Under the pieces are notes generated by a model, which was given only the letters and a program-made list of their open reading frames with translations, had not been told where the DNA came from and ran no database searches. 64,000 nucleotides of DNA from the human T2T-CHM13v2.0 reference genome, Homo sapiens: the NCBI RefSeq assembly GCF_009914755.1, contig NC_060945.1; one strand, written 5' to 3'. The position numbers were made by a program, and so were the translations under genes. Numbering within the stretch: the first letter of the stretch is position 1; each line of letters opens with the position of its first letter. Below are positions 44,203 to 58,740 of the stretch, piece by piece.

Positions 44203-44542
44203 CAAATGCTTCTCAAATTACAGTAGTTTGACTTACAATTTTTTGACTTTACAATGGTGTAACACCATCACAATTTTGTTATACTTTAAATTTTGAACTT
44301 TGATCTTTTTCCAGGCTAGCAGTAAGCGGTACATGAGATGTTCGGCACTTTATTATAAAATAGGCTTTGTGTTAGATGAGTTTCCCCAGCATGGGCTAAT
44401 TTAAGTGTTCTGAACATAGTTAATATGGGCTAGACTAAACTGTGATTTTTGGTAGGCTAGGTGCATTAAATGCATCTTTTACTTACAATATTTTCAACTT
44501 ACGAGTATACTGAATGTAACATTGTAAGTTGAGGAACATTTG
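44203..44542 (-). mobile_element. MER47(B)-type TcMar-Tigger DNA transposon
   Basis: TIRs caaatgcttctcaaattaca / tgtaagttgaggaacatttg; TA on the left flank; ttattataaaataggctttgtgttagatga. Confidence 0.85.
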
Positions 44543-44900
44543 GATGCTCTTGAAGCTTTCTAAGGGTTTTTTCTGTTCAGTTATTATGTTCTTCAGTCCC
44601 AGAATTCCTGTTTTGTTCTTTTTTTATAGTTTCTATTTTTTTGTTAAACTTCTAACTTTGTTCATGTATTTTTTTTAATGATTTTATTTGGTTGTTTTCT
44701 TCTGTAGTTCACTGAGCTTCTTTAAGAGGATTATTTTGAATTATTTGTCAGGCAGTTCATACATCTCTATTTTTTAGGGCTAGTTACTAGTTCTTTTATT
44801 TTTTTCTCTTTTAGTTATGTCAGATTTCCCTGATTATTTGACTTTTTTTTTTGTCTTGCATTATGATCTATGTATTTGAAGAAGTAAGCACCTCTTCCAG

Positions 44901-45211
<311 letters not shown>

Positions 45212-45433
45212 TCATCTCTTCTAGTCTTTACAGACAGGCTTCAGCAAAGAGAGTCCTTCACCAAGCAGCCCATGTAGAGATTCTGAGCAGGATGTTTCTG
45301 GGATATCTGTGTACACTTGCCGCTGGAGTCCTTGAAACAGCTGGCCTGGTACCTCAATAAGCAGATGAGTAGCCCTGGCTTTGGGTCCACTAGGTGCAGC
45401 CTGATGCCTGGGTCTGCAGGAGTAGGCAGACAT

Positions 45434-45703
45434 GGAATTTGGGTTTGCGTAGATGGGCCTAGTGCCTCAGTGCACAGGGGTAAGCCTGAAGCTTGGGTCT
45501 ACAGGTATAAGCCTGGATCCTGGGTACATGGGGTCTAGTGTGTTGCTGGGGTCCACTGGGGTGGACCTAGTAACTGTGTTCATGGTTACAGGACTGGAGT
45601 CTAAGTCCATTGGGATGGGCCCAGAGCCCGAGTCTATGAAGGCAGGTATGGGGCCAACATCTACAGGGGCTGGCCTGAATCCTGAGGCTGCAGGAGCTAG
45701 CCT
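45434..45703. repeat. Degenerate 27-bp tandem array (10 in-phase units) in an L1 5' UTR
   Basis: Units resembling ggagcctgggtccacaggggctggcct at exact 27-bp spacing. Confidence 0.85.
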
Positions 45704-48700
45704 GGCACTGGGGTGGGTCTGAAAGCTGGCCCTGAAGGGGCATGGTGGCGAAGACCACAGTAAAGTCATGTGTTAACTTCACTCTTCTTCCGCTCTGTGG
45801 AGGATATCACTGTTGGCACTGTGCTGTGCGAAACAGGCTTGGGGGAGAGGAGATGTGAGTAATGTGAAACTGTCCTTACTCCCATCTTCAATCCATCTTT
45901 CTTTATTTCTGTACTTTACCCAGGTGTTGTAATCTGTCATATGGATTCCTTAGCTCTTGGCAAAGTATTTTCATGCATGGATGGTTGTTTAAATTGATGT
46001 TTCTGTGAGGAGTGCTGGAAACTTCCTTTTCATTATCTTGCCGATGTTACTCCTTCAACATTATTTTTAACCACAGAAAGAACAGAAGCTAAAATATTAA
46101 TATTTCATTTACTATAGTGTATACATAGAAGATTATTATGTATTTGTTCTTATCAGAATTTGTTTACTTTTTAATGTGCTAAGGGATTATCAATGGGGGA
46201 ACAATTACTTTTACTAGGTTAGAGATTTATTTGTCATCAAATTAGTTGCCAAGATTTATGGTAATTTAAAATATGTCATAATTTTAAGGGGATAAATAGC
46301 ATGACCATATGCAGTAGTTTGGGGTTTGTTAGTAGGATGATGAAGCATTTGATGTAACTGGAAATAGATAGTTAAACATGAACTATAATAATGAAAACAT
46401 AATTTGCATGGGAGGTGCAAAAACCTGATGGCTACTACAAAAATCTAGCATAATGTTCTTACGTACTGACTGTGGAGCCCAGAGCCCCCTGGGCAACAGA
46501 TGTTGACTGTTTCATGATAAGAAAACATGCTATAAAGTATAAAATAAAGTGCTTGGCAATGAGATGGCTTATATTTGTATTTAACTGTGGTCCTAAGATA
46601 TTGTGAATGGTTGTTTTCCTAAACCTGGGATATTGTGATTATATTTCAAAATGTGTGGAGCTGATTTTAAGTATTATGAAATTTTTGCACTTAATAGTAA
46701 AATTAACAGCCACTAAAATTACTTTTCAAATGGAATTTGATAAAGAAACTTATTTACCCTTTTCTGTTTTCTCAACCTATATTAATGTTAAATGATAGAG
46801 CTCCTAGTTCTCTAGAATTACTCAATAGATCATGGTTATATTTGTAGTTTGCTTTGGGTGGGATTTTAGATTAGACTTTACTTGAAGTAGCAGTATGCCT
46901 TCTTTTAAGAAGCCATTAAACTTCATTCACTTTCTATATAAATATTTATAATTCAATGATTATTTGTTATTTTGGTTAATGTTGAAGGATAGTAATGGTA
47001 TTGGCATATTTCCCACTGAAACTAATACTATATATTTAAGTACTCGTCAAAGTAAAAGGCCTTCTTTTAATAACTGAGTGCATCTATTCATTTATTTTAT
47101 AATAATAGATTTCAAAAAGGGCCAGAAGTCCCAGCTCTATTTTACCAAGGATAGCCAAATGGATTTACCAATGGATATCCAAATTGGTTAAGTGGCTTGT
47201 CCAAGTTCAGCAAACATGCTGAAGTTCACTGCTTTTTAAGCTTCCCTAAAATGACCCAGCCCTCATAAATGCTTATAAAGCTTTAATCCAAAACATCTTT
47301 GGCATGTCTTCTAAGAAAGAGCTTTGAAAAAAATGTAAGTGTGCTGCAATAATGATGTACTCAGCTTTTTCTTTTCCCAGAAGTTTTAGTATATGACGGA
47401 AATGAGTTCTAATATCAGAATTATATTTTTATTTGAAAAGCTTTAGTTTGATTATTTGTATTTTACATAGTAAGCTATAATAATTCTCATGACTCACATG
47501 TATAAATATATAACATTCAAAATTGTCAAAGGCGGTAGTGAATGGGTCATTTAAGAAGTACAATAACATATGTATTCTATGAAAGACAAAACACTTATGG
47601 ATGAAATGAACAACAAAATCAAAGTTAAGTATCAAAAGAGAAAAGGAGTTAGAGAAATATTTTAATAGAAGTACCTTTTCAGTTTAATATTTCAAATGTA
47701 ATTTTAAAATAAAAAACTACAAAAATGTATATTTCAGAAAGTATATGGTAGTTTTCAAATCTTTTAAAAAGAAGCAATTGACAAACTGTGGGCCAGGTAA
47801 AACCTGGGTGTAAAAGGAAAGTTAGTTTGCTGCCCATAAGGAGATTAATAACTTTGTGGGGTAAAAGAGACATTGAGCAGCAGTGTATTAGAGTTCATAT
47901 TACAGAGGAACTGGAGATTTTGTAAGGTGTCCCATTTTTCTCTGTCACGGATAAGAATATTTTGATAATAGTGAAATTCTGATCACATCACAAGATGTAT
48001 TTCTGGTGTTGAAACAAGACAATTAACTGGCTTTGGAAAAGACTTGGATAGTTTTCAAACTACCCACGTATAATAACAGGAAAACTGCATAGACAAAGAA
48101 GTCGATGGGGAGAAAAAATAAACACAGTGTAAGCTTAGCACCAGAGATTGCAGGTCATGAGGATCTGTGTAGTGAGCCACACAGTAAAATAAATACAATC
48201 TAAACAAATAAAGCATAGTACATTCATTTAAATACTTTAAAATATTTAAAATAAATAAATGAAGCATAGTGTATTTGTTGGTTAGTGAGAAAAAGTAGCA
48301 GGAAAGGTGACTCTGAATAATATAGATATTAAGTTATGAAGTGTGAGGCCATCTCTAATATGTTAATAACATGAACACATACTAATCCATCATTGCCATG
48401 TTGAATGAACTTTCCAAAGGGTTCATTCCTTTACCTTTCTGTAGAGAGGTGGCTGTCAGTTTCCACTTTCTGAAGTTTTCAAATGTTCTTTCTCTCTTTC
48501 TCTTTCCCTCTTTCGATACAAAAGGAAGTATTGGAAGAAATGTCCTCAAAAATGTTTTGAGTTCACAGCAACTTTATCAAACACAAAAATAAATAAATAA
48601 ATAAATAAATAACTGGAAATATTGTTATGAGGTCAATTTTCCATTTATCAAAATTTCCTTTCTTGACAAACACAATTCACTGGTCATTTTAAGTTTTAAG

Positions 48701-49022
48701 GAAAGTGCTGTATTTAATGGCTCATGCATATTTTCATTGCTTGAAGTAGTCCATAGTTTATTGATTGCATATTCTTTCTCTTCAGCAAAATGGCAGTACA
48801 TTGATGAAGAACATGGGATCCCGTGGGTTAACACCACACTAGATGTAACCTAACACTCTTAGATGCTCGATGTGTAGGCCAGAGCCTCCTAGTCTATAAT
48901 GTGAGTAGGACATATACTATACAGCATGAGATAAAGTTTAAACAAGTTAGTGTTCAACTGTAGGATCTCAGAGCAATCTAAAGCACTGAGGTTGCCTAGG
49001 GACAAACATTTTCATGAATTCT

Positions 49023-50445
<1,423 letters not shown>

Positions 50446-50781
50446 AATTGATTTCTTTCTTATCTTCCTGTCTTTACTTGGAAGCCAACTATTGTTTTTC
50501 TTGGCTTTTAAATGATGGGTGGCATGCTAATCTGAGGTCCGTTTTGCAAGTTCTTGAGAACAGATTACCCAAGGAAACAACAACCATATTCCCTAGTGTC
50601 TTATGATGTAACCAGTGGAATGGTACCCATGGGAGGAGAGGGAAGAGGTAAAAACTTGGTTGTGGACCTCAGCTCATGCAATTTTGCTCTGTCGTGGGGA
50701 CCCTCTACTGTTCGGCTTTCCAGTGTTACTGTGTGTATTCTTTTATATGCTGAGGAAGTTGTAGGAAAGTAAGGAAAATAA

Positions 50782-51084
<303 letters not shown>

Positions 51085-52860
51085 TGTTCGTTTTTTACAT
51101 CAGCATATCTGTTACTCCCCACTAAGGATGAGGAACTTCGCACTGGAGCAAGATGATTAGGAGAAAAATGAATCTGCTTTGCCACCTAGTTTGGGGGGAA
51201 TTGATGGAGCACACACTTCTGAGGGACACATGATCTCTTTCTCAGCAGTAACTTGCTAATGCTGTACCAGCTTTCAGCTTGTCTGGAAATGGCAAGAGTG
51301 TTTTATGAGTGTCTTATGGACACAATGAATCAGCTTTACCTCAAAATAAAAGTTAAAAAAAAATACATTCTGGCTTACCCCATGATACAATGCTAAGTGC
51401 ATTCATAGGCACACACACGGAGTCTTTCTGTCTAAAAAACAGCACTGTGTTTACATCCTGCCACCTATCTCAGAGGGACTGACTAAGACTTGGAAAACTC
51501 TGATGATATCCTTTAATCTTTTCCTTAATATGGGAATATAGTGTTTAATCTTTGTACCTTTTTATATAAGTTTTCATCTGAAATGGTTTTTTTTCAAATG
51601 TATTTCTCTTAGGTTGGGTGCATGGTGGCACAATATCATGCCTTATTATTTAACGTTCACATCTCCCTCCCAATAATTTAAACCATCCAAATATTTGTTG
51701 ATAATTTTCGTATTCCCATTTCATGTTTGCACAGCCAAATAACACATGTAAAATTCCTTTAATCTCTCCATACAAAATAAATCCTCCACTGCTTTAATTA
51801 TTCCTAGTAGTGCTTTCTGAACTTTTACCAGCCTTGCTTGGCAGAATTATGGTGAGAAAGTTGAATCCAGGCTGTCAGTAGCAAAGTGTTTGCCATGCTA
51901 TTATCCTTGGCAACTGCAGGCCTCCTCCAGGCTACAAAACAGCTCAGTGCCTACCTCCTTTTCCCTGCTTTCTACTGGCCTACAAATTCCAGCTGTGGTC
52001 AGCTGGTGAGCTCTGAGCTACAGGGACGGCGTGGCGCATGTTTTGGGCTTGACTCAGGGATCATGTAATGTTGGGACAGTGAACTTTCCGATGGGAGCCA
52101 ATAACACCCATGATTGTTTTCACCTCCTGACCAGAATGTCTCAACTTAATTCAATCATCTGAACATCAATGAGGGTGACTGGAAAAAATTTTTTATCACA
52201 GCACTAAAATAAAAGCAATTCCAAGATGTTTTCTTTTCCATTGCACATTTTCAGAGCTTTGATTTTCCTGGTAAAATGCTCTTTGCATGTGCCATGTTCC
52301 CAGATTAGGAGAAGATGATACCCAAGGGAGAAGAGGTAAAAATGCACATAAATAATTTTACACCATGACACCGTGGTTAAGGCTTTCAAGGATGCTTTTA
52401 ATGATGCTATGTGCCATGGTTTTAAAAGTCACTATCAAGTTATTTATTTGTATATATTTTGTTTCCTCTTAAAAACTCTTTAAATAAATAAAAGAGGAGA
52501 AATTGTACAAATTTCTTCTTTTACTGTGTACCTACTCTTGCTTTGTGTTTATGAGTGAAGAGAGATGGGGAACATACAGAATATTAAGTGGTATATTTAA
52601 GATACTTGTTCATTTTAAGATTTAGGCTTGCAATTTAGGTGTGCCTAATTTGTCTGCTTTGGGAGCTCAAAGGTCAAGTTGCCACCGCAATTAAGCATCA
52701 ATATTCCTTAATTTGAAGTGTTAAAAAATATGTGTGTGTGAGCGTGTGCATATCTGTGTTCAACTGTCTGCCTTTATTAGTTTTCTAGTCCTGCTGTACA
52801 TAACACATCACTATAGACTTACCACCTTAAATACATAGGTCCAAAGTCTGACACTGATTT

Positions 52861-53337
52861 CATTACTGGCAACAGGTTCTTTGATATGAGGCAAAAAGAG
52901 TTTTCCCAGACAAGTCTTCACTGGAGCTTGTGCCAGGGCATAAGGGAGACAGCAAGAGAGAAAGAGAGAGAATTCCCTAATTCCACTAGAAGAGCTGTAG
53001 GGCTTTTTTGTTAGGCAAAGCATGGAAATTGACATGCAAGTTGGGCTGGACAAAGCACATAAAGGGTAGAGCACAGGCTAGCATTATCTGGTTGCAATGG
53101 TTGAGTAATGAACCATCTGGTGGTCTGGCCAGTGGCAACAAGGCTGCATTCCTTCCTGAGGTGGGACACTCTGCAACCTTGGTTATCTCCTAAGGCCAGT
53201 TCCTGGAATTCTTTAAGTAAAGACATGTTTAAATGGTGATGTAAGTGAGGTAATGGTGTGAGTTCTGTGATCAGTGAGAATGCATAAAAGACTCCGCTAG
53301 GTGACTTGAAACTGAGCTTCGTCTCCAATCTGCCTCG
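52861..53337 (-). mobile_element. ERV1 solo LTR (MER66-like)
   Basis: cattccttcctgaggtgggacactctgcaaccttgg...ctaaggccagttcctggaattctttaagtaaa; flanks attt/gttt. Confidence 0.65.
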
Positions 53338-53823
53338 GTTTCTCTGGATTAAAATTGAGGTATCAGAAGAGTGGGGCTTCTTACCAGAGACAGTGGGAAA
53401 GGATGAAGCTATTGACAGAATTCAGTTTCTTGTGGTTGTAGGCATGAGGTTCCCATCTCCTTGTACTCTGTCAGCTGGGAACTGGTTGTATTTCCTAGAA
53501 TTCTCTTTCCAGTCCTTGTTTGTGGCCACCTCCTATCTAGAACCAGCAGAGGCATGTGGAAGTTGAATGGTTCTCATATTTGGAAGCTGTGTGACTTCCC
53601 CTTCTGCCTTCCTCTTTCACCACATCTCTCTGACACCAGGCAGGGAAAATTCCCTGCTTTGAAGGGCTCATGTGATCAGATTGTGTCTCTCCAGATAATT
53701 AAAAAAAAAAAAAAAAAAAAATCCCTACTTTGAAGTCTGTAACCTAAAAATTACCCTATATTAAAGCCTGTGTCCTAACATTTTATCTGCAATCATTTTT
53801 TTGTTATTGTTGTTGTTCGTTGG

Positions 53824-53978
53824 TTTCTTTCTTTCCTCTTCCTTCCTTCCTTTCTTCCTTCCTTCCTTCTTTCTTCCTTCCTCCTTCCTTCCTTCCTCCT
53901 TCCTTCCTTCCCCCTCCCTCCCTTTCTTTCTTTCTTTCTTTCTTTCTTCCTTTCTTCTTTTCTTTTCTTTTTTTTTTT
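53824..53978. repeat. Uninterrupted 155-nt polypyrimidine tract, (CCTT)n/(CTTT)n
   Basis: No purine on the plus strand across the tract. Confidence 0.97.
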
Positions 53979-54129
53979 GCCATGTACTATAAGCAGCTAT
54001 TTACAGGTTCTAGGGATTTGGTCATGGATTTTTCTGTGTGTGTGGCAGAAAGGGGGCACTATTTAGCCTAAGACTTTCCAGCATCCTCTTTCTCTCTCTC
54101 ACCCTCTTTCTCTGCAACATGGCCTCAAG

Positions 54130-54370
54130 AGCAAGAAAAAAGATAAGATGCCGAGTCAGAAAAACCTGACTTCAAAATTCTTTCCCCTACCAGCAGCTCA
54201 CTAATTACCCAGCTGGTAATTTGATAACAGGAATTTTCTTCATCCTTTCAAAGATTTGTTTCATTTCTTGTTGTCGTATTTACTTCATCAGGTAATTGTA
54301 AAATTGATGATATAGTCAGATGTCTGCATCTAGTGCTATGCCTGGCATACGGCATGGGAGGGTGCACTTT
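54130..54370 (+). mobile_element. MIR
   Basis: gagtcagaaaaacctgacttcaaaattc...tgcctggcatac. Confidence 0.55.
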
Positions 54371-55504
54371 TAATCCAATTTTATTTCAGAGGAACCATTG
54401 TACATCCTGTTTCTTATCAAAAGTTGCTTCATGGCAGTTACCCCAGGTCACTGAGACCAAGCCAGGGCTGTCATTCTCAGAGGGGGAGATGGAAGGGAGT
54501 GATACAGGGGAGGGCCTAGCAGGCAAAGGAAGTTGGAAACTGTCCTCTGTAAGCCCAGCACGTGGGAAGCAGCTGGGTGCATTAATTTCACCTTTGTCAT
54601 CCCTGGCATTGAAAAACCACAACCAGCTTACACGGAAAGGATTCTCAAATGGAACTTTCTCAAATTTATGGTGAAAAACACTAGGAAACTGCTTTGAATT
54701 GAAGCATGGCGCTGATGGTTATCCAGTTCATCCTCTCTGCTAAAGCCATTTGACTCTCATGTGCTTAATAAGAGATCCTTGGAAACATTAAGTGCTATCC
54801 AAGAAGCAAAAATAAAGCAGAACAACCAAAACAAAATGAAAACAAAAAATAAGAGCAATAACCTGCATGGTAATAGGAGAAAATTTTATTTTTTATCTAT
54901 TTTCTTCAAATCTTGCTTATAGGTAAAAGAGAAAATTATTTGAGTAAATATAATGCATTCCCTAAAGAAACAAAAAAGATACTCAGAGGTCCTCTGAAAC
55001 CCAGCTCCCCATCTTCTTATTAGACTATGACTGAACATTTGCCCAATTGGACATATCACACCCTCTGGCTAGAATGTGGTATTTACATTGTTATAAATAA
55101 ATTGACATGTGTGTATAGCTCTGGTGGGGGGACCGTGGACAATAGAGCACATACTGTTCCTGAGTTCATCTCATGTTCCCTCAGTCAGTTTCAGTCAGAG
55201 ATGAATGTTCATTTAATCAGGAAATTTTATCTTGTCTTTAAAAGCCTTGGCAACTGTAAATGAGGGGAGATCTAAGATTAGTAATGTACTCTGACAAACT
55301 CTTCTTTTTAAAAATTATGTCAGATTTTCCAGAGCAGGATTTCAGTTTTCTTCTACAAAGTTTATTCTTAGCTTATACAAAATAGGCTTACTCTAAAACC
55401 CTAATCATGAAGTAGTACATTCAGATAATAGGGAAATTAAAATATATCAAAATGAAACAGCAGAAAGTAAACATGCCATCCTTATTTTATGTCACTGGAA
55501 AAAA

Positions 55505-55526
55505 GTGTGTGTGTGTGTGTGTGTGT
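55505..55526. repeat. (GT)11 microsatellite
   Basis: Read directly. Confidence 0.97.
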
Positions 55527-56010
55527 TTAGCACTAGCATGTGGCATTACAGGACATTTAGGTTACCATTTAAAATTTCTCTAACAAATTATGGTAATAAC
55601 CATTTATTGAATCTAACAAAATGACTTCTTTTGAAACATGGTAGCCTGAGCTTAATTGTCTGTCATCATCTCTATCTAAACCCCTATAAAAAATTTCTGT
55701 CTCACAACTTTTTTTTTGTGAAATGCTTAAGTTCAATTATTTTTAATTTTGTTTGCTTTTTAATAAATATATTGAAGGTTAATTTTATTTTAATAACTAC
55801 CTTAGTCATATCACATACATTTTGAAAGGCAACGTATTCATTTCTAAATAATCTTTCCGTGATAATACTTATTTTTCAACTGCAAGTTTATTGGAAGAGT
55901 GTTATTTAAAAAGATTGTAGGGGTTGTAACTATCTGTTTACCCCTTCATTCATCGAGCTATCCATCAATGCAAGCATCAGTCTTCCAAATCAGTACTATT
56001 TATCTCTATC

Positions 56011-56284
56011 ATTTCTTGTGTATATTTTGTTGTTAATTCTATTTTGACTCTATTGTACTCAGAGAATATATATTTGTGCTACATGTAGCACAAAAAACAA
56101 TGAGTTGAACAACACAGTTTAGAAATGCTAAAGCAGAAATAAAGGTTTTTCAAGTTGTATCTCACAAATCTATAATAATAATGGAAGAAAATCCATAGCC
56201 CTTTTAGTATCAATAGTTGAACTTTATATTCTCTGAGTACAATAGAGTCAAAATAGAATTAACAACAAAATATACACAAGAAAT
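56011..56284. repeat. Perfect 60-bp inverted repeat (56011-56070 / 56225-56284) with a 154-bp spacer
   Basis: Arms checked base by base and are exact reverse complements. Confidence 0.96.
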
Positions 56285-56289
56285 ATATA

Positions 56290-56527
56290 TTCCCCCTAGC
56301 CTCAACTCCTCAGGCTCTGATAACCACGGTTTTGCTCTCTACTGCTGTGACACCAGCTTTTTTAGATTCCACAAATGCGTAAGATCATGTGGTACTTTTC
56401 TTTCTGTGCCTGGCTTATTTCACTTAATGTCATACAGGTTCATCTATGTTAATGCAAAAGACAAGATTTCATTCCATTTTATGGCTGAGTAGTATTCTTT
56501 GTGAATCTATATCTATACCACATTTTG
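56290..56527 (-). mobile_element. L1MA-type 3' UTR fragment
   Basis: ttttagattccacaaatgcgtaagatcatgtggtac...tgcctggcttatttcacttaa. Confidence 0.85.
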
Positions 56528-57180
56528 AATGGAACTTGTAGTTTCTTTTAACTATTGATTAAAAAGTTAGAATTAAATGCGAAAAGTAAACGTATATATG
56601 ATGTATACATGTATGTATGATGTTTGTATATATGTATACATATATATAATAATGTGAGTGCCATTTTAAAAGATTGTCTCTAAATATTGGGTCGTGTTAC
56701 AAAGTAAACCTCAAGGAATTAGAAGTAAACATTTAAGACAGGCCGCACAATTAAATTTTGTATCTTTATTTTAGTGACTAAATATCTTGCTTCACAGCTT
56801 TCCAGCCTTAGTAAATGGGTGGTTGATTCAAGCTAAATTCAACATATTTAAATTTAAATTTCTTATCACAGAGCCATCTTTGTTTATCCTATTTTCTCCC
56901 ACTCACTATTTTGTGCTTTGTAATTACTTACTACAGGAAACTGCACCTAATATGTATGGTACTTTATACAACTGAGTACTTTCTACCAAATCCCGTGAAT
57001 GAAGCCAGGTTCTATTTATCTTCAATTACATAACTTAGGAAATATGAGGGATATTTTATATCTTCTACCAATTTATATTATTCCATCCATTCCTTCATTC
57101 AGCAAATACCCATTGAGTGCCTATGATTTGTCAGTGTTATGTTTCTGTGTCTTAATTTTCTTCAAAATATTTTGGTTCAT

Positions 57181-57340
57181 GCAGAGTCGGAGCCTCACCA
57201 GACACCAAACCTGCCAGCATCTTGATCTTGGACTTCTCAGCCTCTAGAACTGTGAATAATAAATTTCTACTATTTATAAATCACTCTGTTTTTGGTGATT
57301 TATTATAGCTACATATGGTTAATACAGATGGACTAAGATA
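57181..57340 (+). mobile_element. MST-type MaLR LTR, 3' fragment
   Basis: cctcaccagacaccaaacctgccagcatcttgatcttggacttc...ggactaagata. Confidence 0.85.
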
Positions 57341-58110
57341 TTCATGTTTACCCTGCTTCAGATAGAGAATTTTGGTGAATAGATTGTAAACTGAAGGAAG
57401 ACTTTAGAGTCAAAAACGGAACCAGCGTGGGTCAATACTGTGAGTTGAGTTGATTTGGGCTTGAATACAAACCACCCTTCCAAAGGTGAGGTCAGGTGCA
57501 CTCTCAGAGCCCCTCAGTTGAATATCATCCTGTGGCCCAACTCCAGAAGGAGACCTTTAATCCTCCCCAAGAAATCTGGGACAAGGGAAAAAAACAAAAA
57601 GGAAAAATCCATATTTTCAAACTTTTTACAAGTGACCTCTGATTTCCCCTTACTTTTCACATTCATTCATTTTTCTAGGTAGATCTAACAAATTACTTGT
57701 CAAAAATAAATCAGCAGTCAATAGTGCTAATTTAATGGCTGCATATTTACAGTCAACGTATGAGTTGAGATTTCCCTTATCATTCAGTTTATGGTCCTAA
57801 AAGTCTTTTTAAAGATATGCCACATAGTAAAATTGAAGATTGTTCTCTTTAGGGATGCAAATATGTAGAAAAGGTAAACAGAGTTCCCTTTTCAGTGAAA
57901 ACTAGCCAGAAATAAAGCAAGTACTAATAATATACAAGAGCAGATTAACTCAAAGGTAGGTTTGTACCAGTCAGTTAAGTAGAAGTCATATTATCTGACT
58001 TTATCATTCTTCCCTCTAAGGATGTGGCGACAAATATATATATATATTAGCTTGTTTAACACACATATATATATACACATATGTGTGTGTGTATATATAT
58101 ATTTAGTGTG

Positions 58111-58740
58111 TGTGATGGGTAATCGTATGTGTCAATTTGACTGAATTAATGGATGCCCGTATCACTGGTAAAATATTATTTCTGGGTGTGTTTGTGAGGA
58201 TATTCCCAGAAGAGATTAGCATTTGAATAGGTAGACTGAGTTAAAAAGATCTTCCCTCACTAATGTGGCTGTGGAGGGTGGGGTAGAGGGGGGCAGGGCA
58301 TCATCTAATCCATCCAGGGTCCACCAGAATAGAACAAAAAGGCAGAGAAGATGGATGTCCCAGCTCTCTCCTTGAGAGGATGAGATTATCATTGAAAATC
58401 TCTTCTTGAGCTGGGACATCCATCTTCTCCTGCTCTTGAACAGCTGAGTTCCTCCTTGTTCTCAAGCCTTTGGACACTAGGCCTTATGCTAACAGCATTC
58501 CTAGTATTCGTGACTTCAGTCTTGGACTGGGAATTATGCCATCAGTTCCCCTGGTTCTCAGGCCTTTGAACTCTGACTGAATTACTTCACCAGCTTTCCT
58601 GGTTCTCCAACTTGCAGATGGTAGATCGTGGAACTTCTTGACCTCCATAATCATGTGAGCCAATTCCCATAATAAATCTCCTCTATATATCTATATATAT
58701 CCTATTGGTTCTGTTTCTCTGGAGAATCCTGACTAATAAA
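58111..58740 (+). mobile_element. MLT2B-type ERVL solo LTR
   Basis: tgtgatgggtaatcgtatgtgtcaatttgact...ctctggagaatcctgactaata; flanks gtgtg/gtatg. Confidence 0.9.

Larger units (their letters stand above)
52773..54075 (-). mobile_element. MLT1E-type MaLR LTR, interrupted by an ERV1 LTR and a polypyrimidine expansion
   Basis: tattagttttctagtcctgctgta...agaattcagtttcttgtggttgtagg...gaagggctcatgtgatcagattg...acaggttctagggatt. Confidence 0.75.

Noticed and set aside
45434-45703. CRISPR-like array or repeat-protein exon
   Set aside because: No constant repeat with unique spacers, eukaryotic context, and it lies inside an L1 5' UTR. The open frames follow from the 27-bp period.
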